Shown: positions 1-9,657 of the stretch, one piece after another | How the letters are laid out: every line of letters starts with the position of its first letter | Numbering within the stretch: the stretch's first letter is position 1 | Assembly: GCA_041742355.1 (NCBI GenBank) | Contig: JBGSIV010000298.1 | Coordinates: forward strand, 1 to 24,154 | Origin: Candidatus Zixiibacteriota bacterium | GTDB taxonomy: Bacteria; Zixibacteria; MSB-5A5; GN15; FEB-12 | DNA length: 24,154 bases | Direction: 5' to 3' | Position numbers and translations under genes: made by a program | Notes under the pieces: generated by a model | Told to the model about the DNA's origin: nothing | Database searches by the model: none | Seen by the model: the letters and a program-made list of their open reading frames with translations, nothing else

Positions 1-1
1 C

Positions 2-418
2 GGCTGCCTGGCGACGTTCGTCAGCGGTCCGGCCCTGACCACGCGCATCGCCCGACTGTCGGGCAAGTACCGCAAGAGTCCCTTGCTCGGCCGTGATGTC
101 GAGCTGATGGAAATCGGCGTCGCGGCGCACGCCGGCGATACGCTCGCGATCAGACTGGTTGAGGAGGTGGCCGAGTACCTCGCAATAGCGATCGCCGGCT
201 GGTTCAATCTCATGAATCCGCAGCTTGTCGTGCTCGGCGGCGACCTGGTGGCAGTCGGCGACACTATCCTGAATTCACTGCGTGATAAAGTGGCGCCGGC
301 GACACTGGTGACCTCAGCCGTCGCGGACATCAGAATGAGCGAACTCGGATCCCGGGCTATCGCTATCGGAGCGGCTACGCTGGCGCTCGAGGCGGTGTTG
401 TCCAATCCGGACCTGTAG
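2..418 (+). CDS. ROK-family transcriptional regulator / sugar kinase-like protein, C-terminal part (5'-truncated by window)
   Basis: Frame 2 is open from base 2 (GCLATFVSGPAL...), matching the tail of the ROK CxCGxxGCxE motif. Also NLMNPQLVVLGG and SELGSRAIAIGAA, typical ROK C-terminal motifs. Stop TAG at 416-418. Confidence 0.85.
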   Translation, partial: GCLATFVSGPALTTRIARLSGKYRKSPLLGRDVELMEIGVAAHAGDTLAIRLVEEVAEYLAIAIAGWFNLMNPQLVVLGGDLVAVGDTILNSLRDKVAPATLVTSAVADIRMSELGSRAIAIGAATLALEAVLSNPDL

Positions 419-438
419 CACCACTGAGCCGAGGCAAA

Positions 439-1260
439 ATGATAGACAGTATATTGAGACTTCTGCAAACCCTGGCTATGGCCATACCACTTGTGCTTAT
501 CACTGGCTGCAGCGACAACCCGGCTTCTTCCGAACGACGTTGGGAACTGGCCTGGTCCGATGAATTTGACGGCGCGGCCGGTGAACGGCCCGATTCCACC
601 AAATGGGGCTATGATATCGGTACCGACTGGGGAAACGCCCAGCTTGAGTACGATACCGACCGGGCGCAGAACGTCTCGCTCGATGGGCAGGGGCGGCTGG
701 CGATCACGGCCCGCCAGGAGTCATACGAGGATCAGGCTTACACCTCGGCGCGCATCGTCACGCGCGACAAATTCGAACCGATTTATGGCCGCATTGAAGC
801 CCGTATCCTGCTGCCGATCGGGCAGGGAATCTGGCCCGCCTTTTGGCTGCTCGGGGCCAACATCGGCACGGTGGGATGGCCCCAGTGCGGCGAGGTCGAT
901 ATCATGGAATACCGGGGGCAAGAACCGGCGGTCACGCACGGCAGTCTGCACGGGCCGGGCTATTTTGGCGGCAGCGCCGTGACGCGTCGTTACGCTCTCA
1001 CCGATGGGCGGTTCAACGAAGGCTTCCATCTATTCGCGGTTGAGTGGAGCGATTATTCCATCGAGTGGTATGTGGACGATCAGCTTTTCCTCGTGGTCAG
1101 GCCGCAGGATATTTCCGGTGATTGGGTCTTCAACAACCCGTTCTATATCATTCTCAACGTAGCTGTCGGCGGGAACTGGGTCGGTCCGCCCAATGACCAG
1201 ACGACCTTCCCGCAAACTATGCTGATCGACTGGGTCCGCGTCTACAGGGAGATTAAGTGA
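439..1260 (+). CDS. GH16 endo-1,3-beta-glucanase (laminarinase-type), probable lipoprotein
   Basis: WSDEFDG, YTSARI, GIWPAFW, catalytic EVDIME (E-x-D-x-x-E, laminarinase type), ILNVAVGG, DWVRVY. Lipobox-like LITGC. GAGG upstream of the ATG. Confidence 0.93.
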   Translation: MIDSILRLLQTLAMAIPLVLITGCSDNPASSERRWELAWSDEFDGAAGERPDSTKWGYDIGTDWGNAQLEYDTDRAQNVSLDGQGRLAITARQESYEDQAYTSARIVTRDKFEPIYGRIEARILLPIGQGIWPAFWLLGANIGTVGWPQCGEVDIMEYRGQEPAVTHGSLHGPGYFGGSAVTRRYALTDGRFNEGFHLFAVEWSDYSIEWYVDDQLFLVVRPQDISGDWVFNNPFYIILNVAVGGNWVGPPNDQTTFPQTMLIDWVRVYREIK

Positions 1261-2741
1261 ACAAGCCATCATCCTACGCTACAGCGCCCGAGGACCGGAT
1301 CTCGTTCGGGCAACGCCTGATTTACGGCCTCGGCGGTCTGATCAACAACCTGCTGGCAGCAGCGTCCGGCGGCATGATGATCGTACTCAACCTCGGCCTC
1401 GGCATGAACCCGGCGCTGGTCGGCCTGGTCAGCGCCATACCGCGGCTGACTGACGCTCTCACCGACCCGATGATGGGTTACATATCGGATCACACGAAGT
1501 CCCGATGGGGTCGACGACGGCCGTACATTTTTGCCGGTGCGATCGCGTCCGGTCTCACGTTCGCGCTTCTGTGGCAGCTGCCGCGCGGCGCGAGCGAGAG
1601 TTTCTACTTTCTCTGGTTTCTCGTCGGCCTGATCATCTTTTACATGGCCTATACCGTTTTTGCCACTCCCTGGGTAGCACTCGGCTATGAATTGACCCCG
1701 GACTACCACGAGCGGACGCGCCTCATGGGCACCCAGAACTTTCTCAGTCAGCTGGCCTATGTTGTTTCGCCGTGGTTCTTGTGGATCATGACTTTCCAGG
1801 GGTTCTTCAAGGACCAGGTATCGGGCGCCGCCGGTCTGGCGATCATCATCGCCGTCGTTGTCGCCGGTGTCGGTATCCTTCCGGGCATCTTTCTCAAAGA
1901 GCGTATGCAGAAAATCGCCCAGAGAGAGTTGACCGAAGAAGAAAGGAACCGCCCAAGGGTCGGGCGCCTGGCCGCTTTCGGGAAGAACATCGCCGAATTC
2001 TTCAAGGGATTTGCAGAAACCGTGAAGTCCGGGCCGTTTCTGAAACTCTGCGCTGCTACCTTCCTGGTGTTTAACGGATTCATCCTGATCTCGTCTTTTC
2101 AATCCTACGTGATCATCTACTATGTGACTGGCGGCGATCAGACGCTTGGAGCGGAGTGGGCGGGCTGGTCGGGAACAGTCGGCGCCGTCTCAACCTTTGT
2201 GGTGATACCAATCGTGACCTGGCTCGGCACCAGGATTGGCAAGCGCCGGGCGTTCTTTGTCTCGACGGGCCTCTCTATGGTTGGTTATGCGCTCAAGTGG
2301 ATCTGCTACAATCCGGCCCATCCGTGGCTGGTCGTGGTGCCGTCGCCTCTGCTGGCATTCGGCCTGGGTGGGCTGTTCACCCTGATGCCGTCGATGATGG
2401 CTGATGTCGTGGATGTCGACGAATTAAAGACGCACGAGCGGCGCGAGGGGATGTTTGGATCGATCTTCTGGTGGGTGGTCAAACTCGGCATGTCGGCGGC
2501 GCTGGCCGGCGGCGGCTACCTGCTGAACGCGACCGGCTTCGCTGTCGAGCTTGGCGGCAACCAGACGGCTGATACGATCACCTACATGCGGCTGTTCGAC
2601 GCCTTCATCCCGGTGGTAGCGTCCGCGATCGCGATTTGGGCAGTATACAAATTCCCTATCACCGAGGAGAAGGCGCGTGAAGTCCGCATGACGCTGGAGA
2701 CGCGCCGCGGCAAGGCGAACGGCGCGAATGCCGTTTCCTGA
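1257..2741 (+). CDS. MFS transporter, glycoside-pentoside-hexuronide (GPH)/MelB-like family
   Basis: DALTDPMMGYISD..SRWGRRRPY, YELTPDYHERT, MMADVVDVDEL..RREG motifs and about 12 hydrophobic segments. The GTG start overlaps the GH16 stop (GTGA). Confidence 0.92.
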   Translation: MNKPSSYATAPEDRISFGQRLIYGLGGLINNLLAAASGGMMIVLNLGLGMNPALVGLVSAIPRLTDALTDPMMGYISDHTKSRWGRRRPYIFAGAIASGLTFALLWQLPRGASESFYFLWFLVGLIIFYMAYTVFATPWVALGYELTPDYHERTRLMGTQNFLSQLAYVVSPWFLWIMTFQGFFKDQVSGAAGLAIIIAVVVAGVGILPGIFLKERMQKIAQRELTEEERNRPRVGRLAAFGKNIAEFFKGFAETVKSGPFLKLCAATFLVFNGFILISSFQSYVIIYYVTGGDQTLGAEWAGWSGTVGAVSTFVVIPIVTWLGTRIGKRRAFFVSTGLSMVGYALKWICYNPAHPWLVVVPSPLLAFGLGGLFTLMPSMMADVVDVDELKTHERREGMFGSIFWWVVKLGMSAALAGGGYLLNATGFAVELGGNQTADTITYMRLFDAFIPVVASAIAIWAVYKFPITEEKAREVRMTLETRRGKANGANAVS

Positions 2742-2770
2742 TACGAGATTTATTGCTGAGTGGAGATCGA

Positions 2771-2794
2771 GGCGGGGGTAGCGATACCCCCGTT
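2771..2794. terminator. GC-rich hairpin between convergent MFS and GH3 genes (possible bidirectional terminator or RNA stability element)
   Basis: CGGGGGTA-GCGA-TACCCCCG (2773-2792) is a perfect 8-bp stem with a GNRA loop, directly after the GH3 stop codon. There is no clear U-tract. Confidence 0.55.
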
Positions 2795-5001
2795 CAGCGT
2801 TCGAGAAGCTCAAACTCGGCCCGGAGTTGCGTGTCGGAACAGCCGCCGATCCAGACGTGGAACATTCCCGCTTCCGCTACCAGTTGAAGGTCACGGCCGT
2901 AGAACGCCAGATCATGCGCCGCCAGTGAGAACCAGACGGTTCTGGTCTCGCCCGGCTCCAGCGCCACGCGCTGGAATCCGCACAGCTCCTTGACCGGACG
3001 GGTGACAGACCCAACGAGGTCACGGACGTACAATTGCACCACCTCTTCGGCTTTCACTTCCCCCTGATTGGTCAGGTCCGCCGAGATGCGCAGAGATTCA
3101 CCGGGGCGCAGCTGCCCGGAGCTGAGCCGGATGTTCGAATATGCAAAGCAGGTGTAGGAAAGTCCGAAACCGAGCGGGAACTCGGGCGTGTAGCCGGCAT
3201 CAAAATGGAATGACGTGTTTCCCACCGAGGTCTGGAACGCTCCGGGTTCGATGTCGTCTATGTGCACGTGGCTGTCAAAGGTGGCCGGGCGACCGGTGTT
3301 CTTGTGAGCGCAGTAGACGGGAATCTGTCCGGTCATCCGGGGAAACGATATGGGCAGTTTGCCGGTCGGAACGGCGCGCCCGGTGATCAGGTCAACCACG
3401 GCCGGTCCGGCCATGGTGCCTGGATGCCAGCCGAACAGAATGGCATCGGCCCGGTCGAGCAGCGGGCGCATGATCAGGGGGCGTCCGGCCATAACCACGG
3501 CCACGATCGGTTTGCCTGTTTGGGCCAGTTCGTCCAGCAGCGCCTCCTGCGCTCCGGGCAGGCGGACACTCGCGCGACAGTGGGCTTCGCCGGTGAGAAT
3601 CGATTCTTCACCGAGGAATAGAACGACCATGTCGGACCGGTTGGCCAGGTGAACGGCTTCGGCGAAACCGTCGCGACCCGTACTGCGGGTCGTTTCCAGG
3701 CCGCGGGCATAACCGATCTCGATCGATCCGCCCAATCGTTCCCGAAACGCCTGCAGGGGCGTCTGACTTCGCGCCGGGTCTCCGTCAAACACCCAGGTTC
3801 CGAGCTGTTCGTACGCTTCATCCGCCAGCGGACCGATGACCGCCAACGACTTCAGCCGGCTTACATCGACCGGCAGAGCTCCCTCACGGTTTTTCAGCAG
3901 CACGATGCTCATGACCGCCGCTTCATGGGCGAGGTGCAGGAAGTCGGCAAGCGGCGGTACCGCGATTTGCTCAGGCGACACAGACTGGCGATCGAACAAT
4001 CCCAGGCGTGCCTTAATCGTCAGAACATTCGCCACCATCCGGTCGAGCTGATCGAGACTGATACGCTTTTCCGCAATTAGAGCCTCGAGGTGGTCCTGGT
4101 AGGTTCGACTGGTCATCTCCATATCGACACCGGCCGCAGCGGCCTCGTACGCCGACTCCTTGTCGGAGCCGGTAAGGCCGTGGACGCGGAGCTGGCTGAC
4201 GGACTCCCAGTCGCTGACGACCATCCCCTCAAACTCGAGCGTCTCGCGAAGGATCTCCTGGAGGAGGACGCGGTTGGCACTCACGGGAACGCCGTCGAAA
4301 TCGCTGAATGAGGTCATCACCGACGCCACTCCCGCTGCTATGGCGGCGCGGAACGGCCGCAGGTGCACGTTGAACAGCTCGTTCATCGGGATGTTGGTCG
4401 TATTGTAGTCTCTTCCGGATTCGCTGGCGCCGTAGCCAACGAAGTGTTTGGCGCACGCGGCGATATTTTCCGGGCGAGAGAGATCGTTGCCTTGAAACCC
4501 GATCACCATTTCTCGACCGAGCTCCGAAATCAGGTAGGGATCCTCGCCGAACGATTCAGCCACCCGTCCCCAGCGCGGATCGCGCCCGATATCCAGCATC
4601 GGCGCATAGGTCCAGTTGATTCCGGAAGCGGCCGCCTCAAGTGCGGAGAACCGGGAACATCGCCTTACCAAATCACGGCTCCAGCAGGCCGCCATTCCGA
4701 GCGGGATGGGGAACACGGTTTTGAAGCCGTGGACGACATCACGGCCGAAGAGCAGCGGAATGCCCAGACGGCTCTCCTCAACCGCTACCTGCTGCAGTTT
4801 TCGGATGGTGTCGGCATCGACTTCGTTGAGAAGGCCGCCGACGCGCCCCTCGCGAATGGCGCAGAGCATCTCTTCGTCGGCGCCCGGCCCGCCGCCCGGC
4901 AGCAGGCTGAGCTGGCCGATCTTCTCGGGCAGAGTCATGGCGCTCAGCACTTGCCGTACACGTTCAGGTATGGGTGACGTCACTTCAATCATATTGGTCA
5001 T
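2794..5001 (-). CDS. GH3 beta-glucosidase (BglX-like), no obvious signal peptide
   Basis: MTLPEKIGQL, SRLGIPLLFGRDVVHG, RDPRWGRVAESFGEDP, CAKHFVGYG, nucleophile SDW, PLGFGLSYT, and a C-terminal Fn3-like EVVQLYVRD..RPVKEL. Confidence 0.95.
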   Translation of the reverse strand: MTNMIEVTSPIPERVRQVLSAMTLPEKIGQLSLLPGGGPGADEEMLCAIREGRVGGLLNEVDADTIRKLQQVAVEESRLGIPLLFGRDVVHGFKTVFPIPLGMAACWSRDLVRRCSRFSALEAAASGINWTYAPMLDIGRDPRWGRVAESFGEDPYLISELGREMVIGFQGNDLSRPENIAACAKHFVGYGASESGRDYNTTNIPMNELFNVHLRPFRAAIAAGVASVMTSFSDFDGVPVSANRVLLQEILRETLEFEGMVVSDWESVSQLRVHGLTGSDKESAYEAAAAGVDMEMTSRTYQDHLEALIAEKRISLDQLDRMVANVLTIKARLGLFDRQSVSPEQIAVPPLADFLHLAHEAAVMSIVLLKNREGALPVDVSRLKSLAVIGPLADEAYEQLGTWVFDGDPARSQTPLQAFRERLGGSIEIGYARGLETTRSTGRDGFAEAVHLANRSDMVVLFLGEESILTGEAHCRASVRLPGAQEALLDELAQTGKPIVAVVMAGRPLIMRPLLDRADAILFGWHPGTMAGPAVVDLITGRAVPTGKLPISFPRMTGQIPVYCAHKNTGRPATFDSHVHIDDIEPGAFQTSVGNTSFHFDAGYTPEFPLGFGLSYTCFAYSNIRLSSGQLRPGESLRISADLTNQGEVKAEEVVQLYVRDLVGSVTRPVKELCGFQRVALEPGETRTVWFSLAAHDLAFYGRDLQLVAEAGMFHVWIGGCSDTQLRAEFELLER

Positions 5002-5042
5002 AGCGTTTGCCAGTCGTTGCTCTGGTTATCGGTCGGGTCAGG

Positions 5043-8000
5043 TTACATGCTGACGTTTAACTGCAGGTAAGTCCGGATTTCCCATTCGTTCCCATGGGGC
5101 AGATCAGGGTTGTCGCTGTCCGGGATCAGATCTCCGGTCGACCCCGGGATCATCCGGGGGCTGTAGCGCGGGGAATTGTGATCGAGCGAACGCCAGGTCG
5201 CCCTGATTCCCATGCGCGTCGAGGGCACCTCGAACCAATCCGGCATATCCAGTGAAGCCGACAGGTCGCCAATGAGTTGCAGGGGGAAGGTCAGGTTGAA
5301 ATCGCGGTGGTAGTCATAGGGTCCGAAATCGTTGACCTTGAGAGCCGTGATGAGCTTCAACGTGTTCCTGACCACCCGCACATCGCCGCCGACTCGTTTC
5401 ACCAGCCGCGGATCGTCGCCGGTCGGCTCGGCCGTACCGCCGTAGAGATTGGCGATCAGGCCGAAGCCGGGCCTCGGTTTTGAAACGATGCGGGCATGTA
5501 CTTCGTGCAGGTCGCGCGGCGGGGTCGCCCCGGGGAACGCAAACGGCGTGCTGCCGTCCTCGAGGATACCGATCGCCGCATCCTGCGTGGTCGGCAGGTG
5601 ACGGAAGACGTAGCCGATGTCAAACGCCAGAGCGGCATCCTCGTGCACATCCGAATCCCAGTTGTACATCCATGTGGCCGGGGTTGGGTCATAGGTGAAC
5701 AGCAGTTCGACCCCGACCATTTCACGATTCTCGCGCACGGCAAACGGATCATCGAGGACATTCCGCGGCCGGCCGGGCGGAGGGACATCGGCCGGTATCG
5801 GCCCCTCGATCGGCTTCTGGTAGAGGAAGTTCGGCGCAATCACGTTGTTGCCGAATCGATAGGTGAAACCGGTCAGGAAATTAACCTGGTTGCCCTTGCC
5901 GGAGTCCTTGAGACGCCACCCGGTGAAAGTTTGTACGGCAGTCGGCCCGCCGTCAGCCACGATTCCCATCGCGGCGCCCTGGGCATACCAGTTCCAACGC
6001 CCCCGGGAGGTCATCACTTTGAACTTGGCGCCGAACACATCGGTCGATCGGACGCTGTCATCGAATAGCAGGTAGGAGCCGCCGTGTTCCTCCACCGCCT
6101 GGAAGTGGTCATCGATTTTGCTGCTGCCCGACCAGATACCGCCAAGTTCGACATTGAACGGACCATAGGTGGTGGCCAAGGCCAGAGTCGCCTTGCGCGT
6201 CTTGGGCAGCGGGACGGCAACGGAACTGGTCGCCGACACGGCCTGTTCGAGATCTTCCTGATAGACGCCGGTCGCGGTAATGGAGCCGATCTGCCGTTGG
6301 TACTTTACAAGGAGGGCTGGATTAGCGCCCCACCAGAGTTCAGGACCGATAGCAAGTTTCAGTCCCCGGAAGGATTTCTTGCCGGCGACTTCCACACCGG
6401 ATGGGGCCTCACCGTTGTAGATGTCGATATTGGGGCCGTAGTTCGCCTCCCGGTAGAGCCCGAAGAAGTCTCCTTCATAGCCCCAGTGGTAGTGGCCCGA
6501 TCTGTAGAATGCATCGGCGTTGAACCATCGCCCGACCCAGGAAACCTGCGCTCGGTACACTTTGAGCCGATCGATATCGTCGAGCTCGAGCACGCCGTCT
6601 TCAGTCAGGACCGATGTTGGCCGTCCGCTGTTCTCGTAGAAGATTTCATCGATCGGATTGGTCGCGACATTCCCCAGGTAGGTCAGCGCGAGCGTTCCGC
6701 GAACATTCGGAGCGGGCTTGGCCTCAAACTCGGCGTAGTAGGATTCCATGTGGTCGAAACCACGGAACGACGGGTAGGTCGTAGAGCCGTTGTCGGCCGT
6801 GTTGGGTGTGCTCACCCGCTGGCCCCCGGTGCTGATCGTTTCGAGCATCGCCCGAAAACCGCTGACCCGCACGCGGCTGTTCTGTGCGCTCTCGTAGGCG
6901 GCGCTGTTGCTGCGCGCTGTCAGGGCCGATCCGGCGGGAGTGATTTTCGCGAAGTGGGCCCGGATGGTTTCCAGATCGGTCGTGGGGCCATAGGGGTTGA
7001 GTTTGTAGGCGTTCTGCAGGGCGTAGTAGGCGGCTCGCGGGTAGAGGTCGTACAACCCTTTGGCGTCGGGCATTCCCTTGGCGCAGATGCCCCACCACTC
7101 CTCATTCATGTTGTTTTCGCCCTCCTCATAGTCCTCCCGATACCCGCCGTTGGGCCAGGAGGCGTTGATGTCGTGCACGCTGAGGTTGGCGTTCTGCAAG
7201 TACTTCCACCAGCCGTCGGAGAACTGGAACGTGAACCCGCCGATCGCATTGCCGGCGCGGCCTTTACCCGATGACTGCTCGTAGATCTCTTCCCACTGGC
7301 CGATCAGGTATCGGGCCTGCATCTCCTGATCCTCGCGCATGAGCCGCGCGTTGAATGCGTCCGACCCGAATTCGGTGAAGAGGACGGGAATGCCGAGGGT
7401 CTCTTTCACCCGGTCAAACAGATCGCGGGCGGAGATGCCGCGATAGACGTTGGTTCCGAAAATGTCCAGCCCCTTGACTTCCTCTGCAATGATCTCGAGG
7501 TACTGGATGTCGCCGTTGGCCATTGCCACCGGACGGCCCGGATCCTGCTCGTGCAGCATCGATACGACATCGCCGAACAACGAATACAGGTGCCGGGCCC
7601 TCGCCGCCTGCCGCTCTCCCTCGGGAAGCGCTTCAGTCTCGGCCGACTTCCACTCCAGACCGTAGTTGTTCTCGTTGCCCAGCAGCCAGAACAACATTCC
7701 CGGCACGCCGCGGAATTCTTCGACCAAAGCCTTCATCTCGCCCAGAAGCTGGGCGCGGGCCTGCGGGTTGGAGTAGTCGGTGCTCGGGAAATAGGTGCCG
7801 TCGATCGTGACCCCATAACGACCGAGCGGATGATTGATGACGGTGTAGATGCCGTAAGTGCGATAGATGTACTCAACCCAGCGGGGCGGAATGCCGGCGT
7901 AGTGGCGGATAACGTTGACGCCCATCGCCTGCAGCAACGACATTTCCCGGTCAAGCGCCGCCTTGATGAGGTCTTCGGGCTGAGTCCAAAGGGAGTACGC

Positions 8001-8213
8001 GTAGTTGTGGCCGATCGGGATGTAATCCCAGTTCATGCCGAAGACCATGAAGTCGGCGCCGCTTACCTGCAGTCGCTCACCGTTCTGATCTGAGACAACC
8101 ACAAGCTGATCTGTCTGGGCGTATGCTGTGCCGGATAACGCACCAGAAAGTAGTCCCATTGACAAGACCAGCCCGACCAGGGCCGGCAGGGGCAGTAGCT
8201 GACTTCTCTTCAC
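5043..8213 (-). CDS. Secreted clan GH-A (GH2-like TIM barrel) glycosidase fused to a ~600-aa beta-rich C-terminal domain
   Basis: Preferred start is GTG at 8213 with GGAGG RBS (the ORF track starts at 8264). Signal peptide ends in AYA-Q. Motifs MGVNVIRHY, WLLGNENNY (acid/base) and FTEFG (nucleophile). The C-terminal half has alternating aromatic/hydrophobic strands. Confidence 0.8.
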   Translation of the reverse strand: MKRSQLLPLPALVGLVLSMGLLSGALSGTAYAQTDQLVVVSDQNGERLQVSGADFMVFGMNWDYIPIGHNYAYSLWTQPEDLIKAALDREMSLLQAMGVNVIRHYAGIPPRWVEYIYRTYGIYTVINHPLGRYGVTIDGTYFPSTDYSNPQARAQLLGEMKALVEEFRGVPGMLFWLLGNENNYGLEWKSAETEALPEGERQAARARHLYSLFGDVVSMLHEQDPGRPVAMANGDIQYLEIIAEEVKGLDIFGTNVYRGISARDLFDRVKETLGIPVLFTEFGSDAFNARLMREDQEMQARYLIGQWEEIYEQSSGKGRAGNAIGGFTFQFSDGWWKYLQNANLSVHDINASWPNGGYREDYEEGENNMNEEWWGICAKGMPDAKGLYDLYPRAAYYALQNAYKLNPYGPTTDLETIRAHFAKITPAGSALTARSNSAAYESAQNSRVRVSGFRAMLETISTGGQRVSTPNTADNGSTTYPSFRGFDHMESYYAEFEAKPAPNVRGTLALTYLGNVATNPIDEIFYENSGRPTSVLTEDGVLELDDIDRLKVYRAQVSWVGRWFNADAFYRSGHYHWGYEGDFFGLYREANYGPNIDIYNGEAPSGVEVAGKKSFRGLKLAIGPELWWGANPALLVKYQRQIGSITATGVYQEDLEQAVSATSSVAVPLPKTRKATLALATTYGPFNVELGGIWSGSSKIDDHFQAVEEHGGSYLLFDDSVRSTDVFGAKFKVMTSRGRWNWYAQGAAMGIVADGGPTAVQTFTGWRLKDSGKGNQVNFLTGFTYRFGNNVIAPNFLYQKPIEGPIPADVPPPGRPRNVLDDPFAVRENREMVGVELLFTYDPTPATWMYNWDSDVHEDAALAFDIGYVFRHLPTTQDAAIGILEDGSTPFAFPGATPPRDLHEVHARIVSKPRPGFGLIANLYGGTAEPTGDDPRLVKRVGGDVRVVRNTLKLITALKVNDFGPYDYHRDFNLTFPLQLIGDLSASLDMPDWFEVPSTRMGIRATWRSLDHNSPRYSPRMIPGSTGDLIPDSDNPDLPHGNEWEIRTYLQLNVSM

Positions 8214-8325
8214 GATGACCTCCGTTGCGTTATCCCGCAGATTGCGATCAGGCCCAACGGCCACCGTAACTATTTAACAGAAAACAGAATACAGACATCG
8301 TACGACGGCGGCACAGGATCTGGCA

Positions 8326-8352
8326 TACTTTGTTCTCTCTCCGAACAAAGTA
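8326..8352. promoter_or_regulatory. Perfect inverted repeat TACTTTGTTC-N7-GAACAAAGTA, probable ROK (XylR-like) repressor operator
   Basis: 10-bp perfect arms with a 7-bp spacer, AT-rich, overlapping the predicted -10 box. Resembles XylR-type ROK operators (TTTGTT...AACAAA). Confidence 0.75.
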
Positions 8353-8375
8353 CCAAATTTGGATGGTATTGTCAA
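8347..8375 (-). promoter_or_regulatory. sigma70-type promoter for the GH-A/GH3 genes
   Basis: Minus strand: TTGACA (8375-8370), 17-bp spacer, TACTTT (8352-8347; TAnnnT). Confidence 0.7.
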
Positions 8376-8421
8376 GTTGAAAGTGCTCTGTCGGCGAATC
8401 ACTGCGAGGCCCGACAGGAGT

Positions 8422-9546
8422 TCAGTTGGCAGGCCGCCGGCGTTCGGCCAGATACTGGAGGAACGATTCTTTGGGCGACCGGTCTTCGTTGAAGACCCCC
8501 CAGTGTTTTTCGATATGGTCGGACGATGAATTCTCTCCGCCCCCTTTCCACGGTTCATCGAACGCCTCAAAGAGGAAGGTCGTGACCTGATTCGCTTTCG
8601 TCCACCGGTGCAATTGGCTGAGAAAGGTCGCCTGTCCGGCCAGCCCGACCTCGCCTTTGACCAGGCTTCCCTGTTCGCCCGGACCGGTTTGGCTCGGGTC
8701 GTAGGTGGTGGCCCAGCCGGTTTCGCCCAGGACAATAAGCCGATCGGGGTGCCTATCCTGCACTTCGCGCCAGACCTCGTCCATCCAGCCGATGGCTTGT
8801 TCGAGGCTCTTCCCATTCCAGAGAGGATGTATGTGTGACACCACAAAATCGATCTCTTCGGCCACCGGCCGACTCTCCGGCTTGTTCCAGAAATTGAAGT
8901 CGTCGGCGGTAGTAACCGGTATGGACACTCCTGACCTGATCGCACGAATATAGCGGATCAGGTGCCGCGGGTCCATGCGGTGAGCCGACCAGTACACCTG
9001 AGTCTCGTTGCCGACGCTGACCGCCGCAACCCGGGCGGCATAGCGATTGGCCAGTTCGATTCCACGGAGCACTTGATCAATATTAGCCTGCCGCCGCTCC
9101 GGCCGGCCGTTCTCCGTTTCCAGCCAGATTCCCAACATCACTTTGATGGGCAGATCGTGCCGCTCGATCACCTCGAGGATTCGCCTTGAGTCGTCGTCGG
9201 CGCCGTAGAGCCGAATCAGTCTCCAGTGAACGGCGATGAGTCGCAGGTCCTCCAGAATCTGAGCTTCGCTCGGCCCGTTTTGTCCGGGGGCCTGACCGCG
9301 CCGGTAGCAGCCGTAGGCCACCGCCTCACCCACCCATGCCTCGCCCGGAAACGGCTCGAATGAGCGAAGGGCAAACGGCTCCTGGCGCGGCAGGGTATCG
9401 CTTGATTCCACTATGGCTCTGAACTCGCTCATGGCTGACTCATCCACCCTGAGACCGTGGGCCGATTCGCCCCGATGACATGCCGGGATAATCAGAATCC
9501 CCATGGCAGCCGGCACAAGAAGCAGGAGGCAGAAGGCTGCTCTCAT
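8422..9546 (-). CDS. GH17 family beta-1,3-glucanase/glucanosyltransferase, probable lipoprotein
   Basis: LIRLYG, VMLGIW, VSVGNE (acid/base), VTTADD, LGETGWAT (nucleophile), FEAFDEPWK, HWGVF. Hydrophobic N-terminus ending IIPAC. Confidence 0.9.
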   Translation of the reverse strand: MRAAFCLLLLVPAAMGILIIPACHRGESAHGLRVDESAMSEFRAIVESSDTLPRQEPFALRSFEPFPGEAWVGEAVAYGCYRRGQAPGQNGPSEAQILEDLRLIAVHWRLIRLYGADDDSRRILEVIERHDLPIKVMLGIWLETENGRPERRQANIDQVLRGIELANRYAARVAAVSVGNETQVYWSAHRMDPRHLIRYIRAIRSGVSIPVTTADDFNFWNKPESRPVAEEIDFVVSHIHPLWNGKSLEQAIGWMDEVWREVQDRHPDRLIVLGETGWATTYDPSQTGPGEQGSLVKGEVGLAGQATFLSQLHRWTKANQVTTFLFEAFDEPWKGGGENSSSDHIEKHWGVFNEDRSPKESFLQYLAERRRPAN

Positions 9547-9657
9547 GTTACTGCCTTGTGGATTACACCCGAACTCATCGATTCCACTCTGCCTTGCCCT
9601 CCGCCGGTTTTCGTAGTACCTTGATAGAAATCCTGGCGAAACAGAAGAAAGTGTGCC

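Noticed and set aside
6084..7274. 396-aa plus-strand ORF inside the GH-A fusion gene
   Set aside because: Antisense shadow of a well-supported gene with no domain features.
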